Shown: positions 26,161-40,623 of the stretch, in pieces
How positions within the stretch are numbered: the first letter of the stretch is position 1
Layout: each line of letters opens with the position of its first letter
From: the human T2T-CHM13v2.0 reference genome, Homo sapiens
DNA: 64,000 nt
Assembly (NCBI RefSeq): GCF_009914755.1
Contig: NC_060936.1
Reading direction: 5' to 3' (one strand)
The notes under the pieces: model-generated
What the model saw: the letters and a program-made list of their open reading frames with translations, nothing else
Database searches by the model: none
What the model was told of the DNA's origin: nothing
Position numbers and translations under genes: made by a program

Positions 26161-27149
26161 TTTCTTCTTTTCAAGAAACAACATTAAGGAACCCATCAGG
26201 GACCATAGCAACTTTTATTCGCTGTTCAAAGGCTAACTCACCTATCACCATCCCAGTCTGTTCCTTGTTTATAGTTCTGATATTAGTATTCAAGGTTGGC
26301 AATTGTTTAAACACCAGCAGTTTACCTTATCACCAGGATTTGAACTGATACGACTACTTCTTTGAATAAAACTCTAATATGGACAAAGCAGATAGAGACA
26401 CCATAATTAAAACAATGAGGCTAGAGATGGATTTATTTGATGTTACAATGTATTTCTTTTAAAAACTAACACACTCAAAATGGTTTCTTTAGGTTTTCTC
26501 ACAGATATAAATAATTGGCTATAAGAATTACCTAGTGGTTTCAATGCACCACGTATATGGAAAGGAATGTTGCTTCTTTTTCATTGAAATCTCTTTTCTT
26601 TGTGTATATGAACTATGCCAATCTTTAGATTCTCTTAAAAAACCTTCAAGCATTCTCAAAGCAGAACCAATATCTTAAAACATATTTACATTTTACATTT
26701 GGCTATTTCAATTACTGTGACTGGCTCCCTTTAGTTTTCACTGAATTCATGCTTTGTTATGTTATTCCAATGCCTTTGAAAAAAAAGGCATTAAGAAGTT
26801 TGAGAAACAGCAAAAGACCATATGCTTTAATCCTACCTGGCTCTTTTTATCTTAATATTTCTTGCCTTGTTACAAAGTAATTTTTAACATATTTTTATTT
26901 TCTAAAATGATAGCTTTAAACCAGTGTAAACCAAGAACATCTATATAATACCTCTAAGATGTCTGCAACCATTTCTTCATACAATCCCTGAGCTCCATAT
27001 CTCCCCTATTTTATTTTTTATATTCTTTAAGGGAGATTTTACTTTGAAATGCCATTAATAAAACATTCTACCAACATATTAAAACTTGCTAACTTGTACC
27101 CAAAATTATCTTTCCTGTAAACCATTCAAATTTATTATTCTATCCTTTA

Positions 27150-27450
27150 ATTTTTTATTATTTATTTATTTACTTATTTACAGACAAGGTCTCACTCTGC
27201 CGCCCAGGCTGCAGTGCAGTGGCGCAATCACAGCTCAATGTATCCTTGACCTCTGCGGCTCAAGTGATCCTCCCACCTCAGCTGTGACTACAGGTTCCTG
27301 CCACCATGCCTGACTGATTTTCGTATATTTTGTAGAGACAGGGTTTCACCATATTGCCCAGGCTAGTCTCAAACTCCTGGGCTCAAGTGATCCAACTGCC
27401 TCAGCCTCCCAAAGTGCTGGAATGACAAGCGTGATTTACTGTGCCTGGCC
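27150..27450 (-). mobile_element. AluJ
   Basis: (TTTA)n tail followed by reverse AluJ body. Confidence 0.93.
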
Positions 27451-27815
27451 TAAACATTTTTTAATAACAATTTCATTGAAATATAATTCACAAGCCATAA
27501 AATTTATCCATTTAAAGTGTGCAACTGAGTGGCTTTAAGTATATTTACAAAGTTTTACCACTGTGTATCTAATTTTGTAATATTTTCATCATCCTAAAAA
27601 GAAATACCATGCCCTTTAGCAGTCACTTCCTGTTCCTACTTCTCCTAACCCCTAGAAACTACTAATTTTCTCTCCAGATTTACCTATTCTATATATTTAT
27701 ATAAATGGAATCATACAATATGAAATATTTTACATCTTCCTTTGTTTATTTACTGTGACATTTTCAAGTTTCATCCATGTTGTAGCATGTACCAGTACTT
27801 CCTTCCTGTTTGTGA

Positions 27816-28172
<357 letters not shown>

Positions 28173-28253
28173 TAAAAACTACATTTTAAAATCCATTTTT
28201 CAGTTAATGGAGGATATGTGGGTTGTCTCTACTTTTTTTGCTACTGTAAGTAA

Positions 28254-28646
<393 letters not shown>

Positions 28647-28711
28647 TAATTTGTTTTCCAACTGTAGCTACACCAGTTTACAACCTCACCAGCAATGTAT
28701 GAGTGTTCCAG

Positions 28712-28731
28712 TTTGTTTTCTTTTTATTTTC

Positions 28732-28762
<31 letters not shown>

Positions 28763-29052
28763 TTGAGACAGAGTTGCTCTGTAACCCTGTAACCCAGGCT
28801 GGAGTGCAAAGTCACAATCTTGGCTCACTGCAACCTCCACCTCCTGGGTTCAAGTGATTCTTGTGCCTTAGCCTCCGGGTAGTTGGGATTACTGCCATGG
28901 GCCACCATGCCCAGCAACTTTTTTGTGTTTTTAGGAGAGACAGAGTTTCACCATGTTGGCCAGGCTGATCTCAAACTCCTGACCTCTAGTGAACCGCCTG
29001 TCTTAGCCTCCCAAAGTGCTAGGATTACAGGTGTGAGCCACCACACCCAGCC
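28712..29052 (-). mobile_element. Alu (AluS) with a small internal CTGTAACC duplication
   Basis: Reverse Alu body with T-rich tail. Confidence 0.92.
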
Positions 29053-30194
29053 CAGTCTTCCAGTTTCTCACCTCCTAGCCAACACTTGTTTTTGTCGTCT
29101 ATTTTAGTCATAGAAGTAGGTGTGAAGTGGTATCTCACTATGGTTTTAATTTGCATTTCCCTAACAACTAATGAGGTTGAGTATGTTTTTATACGTTTTT
29201 TGGCCATTTATATATCTTCTTCAGATAAATTTTCATTCAAATACTTTACCTTTTTAAAATTAGACATTTGTCTTTTATTGTAGAGTTATCTCTACAAGAG
29301 ATGCAAAAGAATGAATATCCAGTTTTTCTAATACCATTTGTTGAACAATTATTTTTTCCCATTGAACTGTCTTGGCACCCTTGTTGAAAATTAGTTGACC
29401 ATAGTATAAAGGGTTATTTCTGTAATAACAGCTCTACAATACTGGAATTCCCTTATTAGATATGTTATTAGCAAATATTTTTTCTATTCTGTTTTCCTTT
29501 TACTTTCTTGATGATGTTCATTGAAACACAAAAATTTTTAATTTTGATGCAATTCAATTTATTTATCTTTTTCTTTTGTTGTTTATTCTTTTGTTTTCAC
29601 ATCTAAGAAAGCCTAATCCAAGGTCACAGTGATTTACTCCTACATTGTCTTCTAAAATATTTAAAGGTTAAGCTCTTATATTTAGGTCTGTGTCCATACA
29701 CATATAATATTTGTATATGGTGTGAGGTAGGAGATATGTCTTCATTCTTTACATGAACTCTATGTTTACTATTTTGAAGAACTGCTAAATTTTTGTCCAA
29801 AGTTGCTGTATCACTTATAATCTCATCAGAAATTTAAGAAGATTTCAATTTCTGCACGTGCTATTCAATACCTGTTATTGTCATTGTCTATTACAGATGC
29901 AAAAGAATGAATATCCAGTTTTTCTAATTCTATTTGTTGAACAATTATTCTTTCCCATTGAACTGTCTTGGCACCCTTGTTGAAAATTAGTTGACCATAA
30001 GTATAAAGAGTTATTTCTGGACTTTCACTTCTATTCCATTTATTTATATTTCTATGCTCATGCCAGTATTATACTCTCTTGATTATTGTAGCTTTGTAGT
30101 TAATTTTGAAATCAAAAAGTGTGCATTCTCCTACTTTATTCTTTTTCAAGACTTTTATCTATTCTGGTCCCTTGTATTTCAATATGAATGTTAG

Positions 30195-30792
30195 AATTCT
30201 AGGGGACAGCAAATCTCTTCAGTTTTGCTGAAAAATCAACTCTTGAAAGGCAGATTAATAGCAGAAAAGGCATACAAATTTATTTAACATGTATATGTGG
30301 GATCCTTCAGAATAAAGAACTAAAGATACAGGGGAAATTGTCCATTTTTATGCTTAGAATCAACAGAGTATGGACAGCTATGTAGAAATGTGATTGGACA
30401 AAATGGGTTTGATCTAATTTTCATGGACTGAGTGGGGAAACCCAGCAAGGCCTGTCTCTACATTTGTCTTTGCCTCTCTGAGCATGTATTCCTTTCTTCT
30501 GAGTATAGGGAATTCTTCTCTGGAGTGGGGGTCTTATGATCTGTAGTCAAACAAAGTAAGACAGATAATTTCTTTATGTCCAGTTTTTGCACAGAAAGGG
30601 AGAGGAAAAATTAGAGTAATATTTTTAAGTTTTATGGTTTGTTTTCAGGAAGAGAGAATTAGTTTCTAAGGCTAGTCTTGGGGAAGAATGGGACTGAGAC
30701 TCATGAAGGCAGGAGAAGGTCAAGGAAAAATGTTTGCTTCTGAGGTCGGGGCTGAGGCCCTCATTTCATGGTATTATTTTCTGAGCCCCAGT
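30195..30792 (-). mobile_element. ERV1-class solo LTR (MER39/MER34-group-like)
   Basis: AAAGGCAGATTAATAGCAGAAAAGGCATACAAATTTATTT...GGTATTATTTTCTGAGCCCCA; it interrupts the L1. Confidence 0.75.
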
Positions 30793-31240
30793 TTCTGCAA
30801 ATAAAGCAGTTGAGATTTTGATGGGAATTGTATTAAATCTACAGATCAATTTGGGAACTATTGTCATTTGATAACATTAAGTGTTGCGATACCTGAAGGT
30901 GAATATCTTTTCATTTGTAGTTACCAAGTGAAGTCATTTGGGCCTGGAATTTCCTTGTGGAAAATATTTTAGTTGCTAATTAAAACTTTTTACTAGTTAT
31001 AGGTTTATTCAGATTTTTTCTTGAATTAGTATTGATAGTTTTTGTATTTCTAGGATATGTCCTTTTCATGTATGTTACCTAATGTGTTAGCATTCCATTT
31101 CTTGTAATATTTCTTGTTAATCTTTTTTATTTCTGTGAGGTGGGTAGTTGTTATTCTTGATTTTAGTATTAAATAATAATTTGAATATTTTCACATTTTT
31201 CTTTAGACAATCCAGCTAAAATTTCTATAAATTTTGTTGA

Positions 31241-31572
<332 letters not shown>

Positions 31573-33559
31573 GGGTTTGCTGATTTTGATGACTGTTTTT
31601 CTATTCTCTGTTTCACTAATTTCTATTCTAATACCTATTATTTCTTTTCTTCTTCTTGCTTTGAGTTTAACTTGCCTTTTTTTTTTGGTTTCTTAAAATG
31701 GAAAGATGGGTTAGTTATCTGAGACCTTTTTTCTTTTTAAATACAGACACTTGCAGATATAAATGTACCTCTAACCACTATGTTAGCTGCATCCTGTAAG
31801 TTTTGATATGTTGTGCTTTTGTTCTCATTCATCTCAAAGTAATTTCCTTTGGGATTTCTTCTTTAAGTCACTGGTTACTTAGGAGTGTGCTGTTTATGTT
31901 CCTTTTATTTGTGAATTTTACATTTCCTTCCGTTTCCTTCCTTCTGTTATTCCATTTCATTCTAGTTGGAAAGCAAACTTCGTATGGTTTAAATCCTTTT
32001 AAATATACTGATAGTTATTTTATGGCATAACAGTTAGTCTATACTGGAGAATGTTCCATTTATACTTGATAAAAGTGTGCATTCTGCTTTTACTAGGTCG
32101 GTGTTCTGTAGATGTCTATTAGATCAAGTTTGTTTATAGTGTTTTTTGAGTCTTTTATTTTCTTGTTCTTCTGATTAGTTGTTCTATCCATTATTGAAAG
32201 TTGAGTATTGAAGTTATTGTACTTTTCAACTCCAGAAATTGTATTTTGCCTTTTTAAATAATTTCTGTTTCTTCACTCATATTCTATTTGGTTTCTTTTA
32301 GTTCTTTGAACATAATCATAATAGTTGATTTAAAGTCATTGTCTAGTAAGTCCAAATTTTGACTTTCTTAGGGCCAATTTTTAACTGCTTTTTTTTATGT
32401 GTTCAGGCCGTGCTTTCCTGTGTGTGTGTGTTTTATGATTTTTCAATTTAAAATACTAGACATGTAAAATAACATAATGTTGTAATTCTGAAATCAAATA
32501 ACGCCTCACTACCCAGGGTTTGTTACTGTTGCCATTTGTTGTCATTGTTTTTGTCGTTGATGCTGAGCAAAGCAAAGGGCATTGCTTGTTTGATGACTTT
32601 CTTGGACTAATTTTGTAAAATCTGTGTTCTTTGTTGTTCCAGCCAGTGAAATTTCTTCTCAGTTAACTTAGTGATCAGTTAATAAATACACAGAGATTTC
32701 CTTAGAGGCTTAAACCAATAAGTTTCCGAATCTTTGTCAAGCTGTACTGTTTGTACTGTGGTCTATACCTTCAATGTTCCAGCACACATTTAAAACTCTG
32801 CCTTAGTCTCTACCTCCTGCTTGGAAAGGGCATCAACATCAGCCAAATGTGACAGATTAGAATTTTCTCAGGTCATTCCTGTATATGCACAGCCCTTCAT
32901 ATGAATGTGACCTTCTAGATATTTAAGAATATGTTGGGCCTTTTCAAATCCCCCAGTGGGCATTTCATTCCCTTTTTCCCTTCTAAAATTCTTAGTCTGC
33001 CTCTTGCTAGCTACAACTGTTATAACTCCCTCAGCCAGCTGCAATGTTAAACAATTGTCATTATTTTCTACAACTTCCCTGGAGACAATACTCACATAGA
33101 GGGAGGTTTGAGTTAGGTCAAATAAAGGCAAGCTCTAAGAATGGAGCTTTACTTAGAACCTGCTAGAAAAGTCAAATGGTAACATTTCTCTGGGGATGGC
33201 ACTTTTAGGAAGCTCCAAACCCTCCATTGGCTGGTAGACTGCTGGTTGACCACTAACATAGTTGTGAGCCTGTTAGATTTCAATGCTGCTATGGAATAAG
33301 AAAGAGGGTAGTGGGAGTAGTGCAAGTTAAAATGTCAAAAAGTTCATTGTTCTTACTGAGATTCAGCCATTTTTCTTGCATAAAAGCTGCGATTGTTGCA
33401 CGTCTTTGGTTAATTTTCAGTTTTTAAACAGTTGATTTTGTCTATTATTGCCAGTTTTCCCATTTTCTCATTGCTTTTATGAGCAGCATTGTTTTATGAC
33501 CTATTTTCAGAGATTTTTACTCTGCCATTATGGAAGTGCAAATTCTCCGTGAATGTCTC

Positions 33560-34422
33560 AGTGCTTTATTAATATCTCAAAATGGATAAATTCTACTCCA
33601 CATCATTTTCCCCACATTTTAATGATCTTCTTATCTCAATGAATAGTCAAAATATTGATGAGACTTTATTAGCCAGAATCTTAGAGGCTAATTTTTGCAC
33701 CTGTTTCTATTTCTCTCTTTTATTCCCCTATCCCATATTCAATCCATTACCAAGTGCAATGCATATTATTTCCTAAGTAACTCTCAAATCCATCCACATT
33801 TTGGCTCCATAGAAAACATGATGGTTTACTTATTATCTGACTCCAGGATACAATAATAACCCTTTAACTAATCTACTTGCATCTAGGCCAGCCCCATTTA
33901 ATCATTTATCCACACTGTAGACTACATGACATTTTTTTAAATGCAAAAGATGGTCATTGTCACTTTTGGTTAAAACTCTTAAATACATTTGTATCCTCTT
34001 AAGGAAAAAGATAAACTTTCTTACTATGATTTTTAAAGCTCATATATGGCCCAAACTGTCTTTCACCATAAGATATTAGCATATGTTCTTCCCTCTACTT
34101 GGAAAATTTTCCCTCTGCCCTTGGTTGAGTAAAGTTTTACTTAGTCTTTATTTATATCTTGTGTGACTCCCCAGGAGATTTTTCTAATTCTCCAACTAAA
34201 TCACATAGCACCATTCACCTGTTTTTCCTAGCAGTTATTCCAAGAGCAATTTCACATTTATTCATGTGATTATTTAATTAATATTGGTTTCTTCTATAAG
34301 ACTATAAGCTCTATGAAGGCAGAGACTCTTTCTGATTTTGCTTACAGTTGTATTCCCACAGCTATACCATAATGACTGATGTAAATTTTGTAATCAAGAA
34401 ATATTTATTAAGTAAATGAATG
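33560..34422 (+). mobile_element. L2 LINE 3' portion
   Basis: AGACTATAAGCTCTATGAAGGCAGAGAC...AAATATTTATTAAGTAAATGAATG. Confidence 0.8.
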
Positions 34423-35002
34423 TTGGTAAGTGATCTATGCTAAGGCTATAATGGGACAAGAAAAATTAATTCCTTCCCTTTTAGCCGAGAAGTTAAACAG
34501 AATAACTATCAAGCAGTTAAAGGAATTGGTCTAAGTTTGTTTCTCCTTCACTATTTTACTCTTCATTGATAGAAATATTAGTTGTTTGTTTTTTCAAAGA
34601 TCCAAACAATGATATCAGGCTAAAGCAAACATGTGGAGAATCTATATGCTCAATTTAGTCAGCATAATCACATTTTAAAAATTATTTTGACAATTAAGTT
34701 CCTAATTGCACAATATTTAAGTATTAATATATAGCACTGATAAGCTAACAAATATTTTCTATATAACAGACATTTTCTGATCTAGCATTATGGAATAGAT
34801 AGATTAAATAATTTAATTATCTTGAGTTGTTTGGGAACTATCCGTTTTTAAAAAGTGTTTTCAAGGCAAAGGAAAGGTGATTTTAAATATTTTTCTACTA
34901 TATTGGGGAAAGCCTTTGATAACACTGATCTGTGGTTAACTATATTCTAAGTTAAGATACAAAAATGTGTCTTTTAGTGGAAATATCATCAGTCATCTAA
35001 AT

Positions 35003-35355
35003 TAGGGGTCCCCAACCCCCAGACCACAGACTTGTGCTGATCTCTGGCCTGTTAGGAACCAGGATGCACAGCAGGAGGTAAGTGGTGGGAAGAGGCATTA
35101 CCACCTGAGCTCCACCCCCTGTCAGATCAGTGGCAGCATTAGATTCTTATAGGAGCACAAAACCCATTGTGAACAGTGCATGTGAGGGACCTAGGTTGCT
35201 TGCTCCTGATGAGAATCTAACTAATGCCTGATGATCTGAGTGACCTGAGGTGGAACAGTGTTATCCAGAAATCGTTCCATAGTTGGAATCCAATCCATGG
35301 AATAATTGCCTTCCATAAAACTAGTCCTTGGTTCCAAAAAGGTTGGGGACTGCTG
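35003..35355 (+). mobile_element. MER1B-type hAT-Charlie MITE
   Basis: Termini TAGGGGTCCCCAACC and GGTTGGGGACTGCTG; perfect 8-bp TSD ATCTAAAT. Confidence 0.92.
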
Positions 35356-36339
35356 ATCTAAATGATTGACTTGCTTTCTTCTATTTATATGTATTTTAAA
35401 AAAGATTTCTTGAGGATTGAATTGGGGGTTTATCACTTTGCTTTTACCATCAGAGGCCAAGGGTGCCAATAACACCCTATTTTGACATGATCTGACACAG
35501 CCCTATTGTAATATCAGTTTCCCTTTTAGAAAGATTGCCACCATGGCTTCATTTGTCTTAGAACTGTCATTTTATAACTAAGTATGTTGTCATGGATTTA
35601 AAATGCTTCAGATGACAGCTTTGGATTTCTTTGCTTAACTTTTTAAAGCATTCAAAGTTTAGCAATGTCAAGGATGAACTGTATGCCAATTTTAGATTTA
35701 TTCTTGGCATAGAATTGTCCTTGCTGCACATTTGCTACCTGGAGATAGCTATTTCCTAGGAAATACATTTTTAATTTAGAGTATTTTTTCCTTCAAATGT
35801 AGAAAAAAATAGTTTTCTTTCTTATGCTGATTTTTTTTCTCTAAATATACAAATCAACTGCTATGCCATTGTATTGCTCACTATAATTTCCCAGACATCA
35901 TGCTAACTCTCTTACTGCTTTTGGGTAGTTTCTAAAATACAATACTCGAATTAAATATGTTCCCAGTAGATTTTACCCTTTAACTGTGTCCTTCTTTCTT
36001 TTTTATACTACTATTATATAGAACCTCTGAATGACTTAATTATATTCAGAGCATGACTGTTATGTCTTTTTATTTTTGTCTTTTCTACTTGAAATAGAGT
36101 TTTGTATTTCTCTAGAATTTCTGGGATAGGAGCCCATTAGTTGTAAATGCAAAATCTTCAAAAGTTTTCAAATAAAACACTTAAGCATAGAATATTACTG
36201 TAAGAGAATAAGCATATTTGGAACTTGTTTATTTTAATTTTCTTTGTTAGATCCATGGCGAAATAATTTCTACATCCGAATGTGTAAGAAAATTGTCATG
36301 AAATGTAATAACTTTTCAGATGTTTTCTGCCAAATATAA

Positions 36340-37400
36340 AAATAAACTTATACTTTAAAATAGTTTTAGGTTTACAGAAAAATCACAAAAATAGTACAGA
36401 GAGTTCACATATACCCCATACCTAGTTTCTCCTATTATTATCATCTTATATTAGTATGATAACTTTGTTACAATAAATATGACAACAATATTGGCACATT
36501 ATTACTCACTAAAATTCCTAATTTCTTCATATTTCTTTAGTTTTTACTTACAACATTTTTCTGTCCAGGATTCCATCCAGGAAGCCACGTTACATAGTTA
36601 TGGCTACTTAGCCTCCTCTTGGCTGTGACAGTTCCTCCAACATTCCTAGTTTTTGATGACCTTGACAGTTTAGAGGAGTACTAGTCAAATATTTTGTAGA
36701 ATGTCTCTCACTTGAGATTTGTCTGATAGTTTTCTCATGATCAGAACTGTATCACATATTTCGTGGAGGAAGGCAAAGTACCAGTCTTATCACACAATAT
36801 CAAGGGTACGTGCTATCAACTTGACTTATCACTGTTGATGTTAACTGTGATCACCTGGCTGAGGTAGTGTTTGTCAAGTTTCTCCACTGTAAAGTTACTC
36901 TTTTTTCCTCTTTTCAATGCTGTACTATTTGGAAGAAAGTGAGCATGCACAGCCCACACTTGAGGAGTGGACAGTAACGTTCCACCTCTTTGAGGGCAAT
37001 GTCTACATAAATTATTTGGAATTCTTCTGCACTAGAGATTTGTTTGTTACCCCCTTATTTCTTTATTCAGTCAGTCATTTATATCAGCATAGACTCATGG
37101 ACATTAATTTAAACTTTAAGTTATAATCCAATACCATTTTTATTTGTTTATTTATTAATGTACTTGAATTGCTCTAGCTTTGGCCATTGGGAGCACTTTC
37201 ATTTGTGTCCTTTATCTTGTTGACTTATCTCTGTTTTTTTTTTTTTGGTTTTTGTTTTTTTAGCACTTCTTTACTTTCTGGCTTTACAAAATGCTCTGCT
37301 CCAGGCTCATCTTGTGTATTTTCTTTCCCAGTCATAAAATCAGCTATTTTTCCAAGGAGCCCTGGTTTGTTTTATTGGAGATCACAGTGCTAAGTGTTCT
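36340..37400 (-). mobile_element. Old L1 (L1MB/MC/MD-like) 3' UTR
   Basis: TTTTAGGTTTACAGAAAAATCACAAAAATAGTACAGAGAGTTC and GATCACCTGGCTGAGGTAGTGTTTGTCAAGTTTCTCCACTGTAAAG. Confidence 0.82.
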
Positions 37401-37464
37401 GTCATATTTTTTCAAACTAAAGGGAGGGGACTGATCTTTCTTGAGCTTCTACTATAATCTTAAG

Positions 37465-37681
37465 CAGAGGCCAGCAAATGTTTTTTGTAAAGGGTCAGAC
37501 CATAAATATCTTAGGCTTTGCAGACATATGGTCACTGTTACAACTACTAAACTGCTTTTGAAGCAAAAAAGAGCTATAGACAATATGTAAACAAATGGGT
37601 GTGGCTGTGTTTCATCAAAACTATTTTCAAAAGTAGGCGATAGGCCAAGTTTGGCCCACATTCCATAGTTTGCTGCACCTG
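37465..37681 (+). mobile_element. MER58A hAT MITE
   Basis: CAGAGGCCAGCAAATG...TGTAAAGGGTCAGA...TAGTTTGCTGCACCTG. Confidence 0.85.
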
Positions 37682-38096
37682 ATTTAAGGGTGTATATGTG
37701 GCTTGTGAGTATGTAAGTGAAGGACAGAGTGCAAGGGAGAATGAAGGTGAGAGTGAAGGAGGAGGAAAGAGAAAGAGAGAGAGAGAAATACACTTTAGAG
37801 GGGAAAAAGTTGGGGATTAATTTTAAGTGGTATGATTATAAAACCAGTGTTATTTTAATTTTATTCTACTATCTTTCAGTCAACAGCTCTTCAAATTATG
37901 TTCTAGCAGTTCTCTGTATTTTTTTCCAGCTCCCAGAAAGTAATAGACTATCTCATGTAGACTAATCAGATATTGTAAGTGGTACAACTGTAACAGTGAT
38001 GCTGGTTCTACATGTCATACCTGTGTATTGATCTTATTTATTTTTGGTCACATATTGTACAGTTACGTACTATAGGTTATCAATAAAAAGAAGTTA

Positions 38097-38417
<321 letters not shown>

Positions 38418-39497
38418 CTAGATTAATAAAACTAGCTTTCTTGGCTTTTTAAAATAATTTAATATAACTAGCCCAAGGAAGCTGTTTGATGAAGTATGCT
38501 GATTGAAAGCGTCATTCAAAGTAAATACATTTTTCAGTTAACATTGTTCACAACCAGCTACAAATCTGCGTAACTGTTTAATGAGAAGTCTTTTGCTTGC
38601 CAGCAAAAGCCGGTATACTGAGATGACAAGTTTAACAATAGTCTTCTCCAGTGTCTAAAAGAGGTCAATGAGGAAAAATGGATATGACAATTTAAACACA
38701 GAACTAAATCTTTAAAGAAAGAGAAGAATAAGGATCAAAGAAAAATTAAGGGACCTTAATGTGAATCATACTAATCTTTTACGTCATTTAAGTAAATTTC
38801 TGAGCCAGATACTTTCCCTTTATATCAGTTCTATCTTTTCTGGATCATTTTTTGAACTATTCTTCAGTTTTAAGTCCTCATATTCACAAATTCTTCTGTG
38901 AATTTATAGCTCTGGATACTAAATTCATTGATCAAAGTTTCACTTACCAAGGCAGAACGGCTACTGAAAATAAACTTTGCTTCAGCTGTAAAACAAGGTT
39001 ACCTGTGTAGTATATATTTTCTCCTTCAAACTGTTATAAGTCATGGGTAATCAATACAGAGCTGGAAAAAAAATAAAGTGTTCAAGGTACATCACACAAT
39101 GTTTCTAGGCACGTTTGCTTTATGTAGGACATAACAGCTCTCCTGTTATTGATTATACCTTTTTATAATTGTTTAAATCTATTCTCCAAAATAGAACTCC
39201 AGCGAACTTTCTTAGACTGGCTTCAAATGAACTAAATCTCTCCTCCCATTAGGCCATTGATCAGTGATGGAGCTAAACCTACAGTGGAGTATTTAGATGA
39301 AACACCAGTTCATACAACTATTGACCACTCATTATATAATACTTCTGGGCCAAGGACAAAGTCTGTGGGGAAACGTATTAGAATAGTGGAGTGGAAAAAT
39401 GGGTATGAAGGTTAAATTGTTAGACTTTTTGGTCCAGTGTAATATTTCAGAGGATAATAATAGCAAGATTACTCTACTTGAGTAGTGATAGCAATAG

Positions 39498-39900
39498 CTG
39501 TATCCATCAGTAAGGAAAACAGGAACCACTCTAGATATTTCAACAGCAGGGGGATTTAATGCAGGGAATTAGTTATAAAGTGGTTGGAAGGGCTGAGTGA
39601 ACCAAAGAGTACAGGGAGTTATTCATGGGTATGGAGTTGTTATAACTCCTGGGCTGTAGTACACCTTGCCACTTCTTGGCTGGTGGCTCTGCTTGTGCTA
39701 GTATTGCAGTTTACTGAGCACCTGGGAGCCACACTGCTGCTGAGGAGCTCATCTGACACTGCTGCTATTTCTGCTGAGGCCATCTCCAAAGGTAGGAAAA
39801 TGGTATCTCTCTTCCTCTTACTTTCCAGTCTCTGAACTTAACTAGTAAGGGAAATGTAGTTTGCAGGCTGTCACTCTTACAATTCAAAAGTGAACATAGG
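39498..39900. mobile_element. Old ERVL/MaLR-type LTR remnant
   Basis: TGTATCCATCAG...GGAACCACTCTAGATATTTCAACAG...GATTTAATGCAGGGAATTAGTTA resembles old ERVL-class LTR ends. Confidence 0.5.
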
Positions 39901-39994
39901 GCATCAGAAATAGCACCTATGCCAAGAGAAAAATAATCTAAAAGCAGACAATATAACAGACACTATTTGAAGATAGATGATAGATAGATATGCA

Positions 39995-40155
39995 TTTAAT
40001 TTTCATAACAACCCTGAATGGTAGATATGGCTTTACCCCTCTTTTACTGATGGGGAAACTGAAGAATAAAGAAGCTAGGTAATATGATCAAAATTGACAT
40101 AGCTATTAAGAAGTGGAATTAGAATTTGAACCCAGGTCATATGATTCTAGAGTTC
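39995..40155 (-). mobile_element. MIR
   Basis: TTTTACTGATGGGGAAACTGAAG...AGAATTTGAACCCAGGTC. Confidence 0.8.
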
Positions 40156-40171
40156 ACACCTGCAATCATTG

Positions 40172-40623
40172 TGATGCAAGAGAGACAAACCGCAAAATTG
40201 GGGCTTAGCTGGGGAGTGTTCTTGGCTTCGCCCGGAGAAGAATTAAAAGGCAAACCTGGCAGTACTAAACAGGAACTTATATTGAAGCACCAGTGTACAG
40301 CAGCAGCAGAGCAGGACTGCCCCACAGCCAGGGAACCCAGAGTAGCAGCTGAGAGGCAGTTCTGCACTCATACTTACATCCACCTTAGACTATATGCAAA
40401 TTAAGGGACAGTTTATGCAGAAATTTCTAGGAAGATGGTGGTAAGTTCCAGGTTTTGGGGTCATTGCCATGGAAAGGGGTAATAACTTTTGGGTGTTGCC
40501 ATGGCAGTGGTAAACTGACATGGCAGGCTGGTGGGGATATCTTGTGGGGAGGTGCTTCCATCCAGGACCTGTTTTAGCTGCTCCTCAATTTGGTCTGGTG
40601 TCCGCGCTTCGCCTCCTACCTCA
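40172..40623 (-). mobile_element. ERV1-class solo LTR (subfamily uncertain, LTR19-like)
   Basis: TG...CA termini, 4-bp TSD-like ATTG/ATTA, GC-richer than flanks, ends GTTTTAGCTGCTCCTCAATTTGGTCTGGTGTCCG...CCTCCTACCTCA. Confidence 0.78.
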
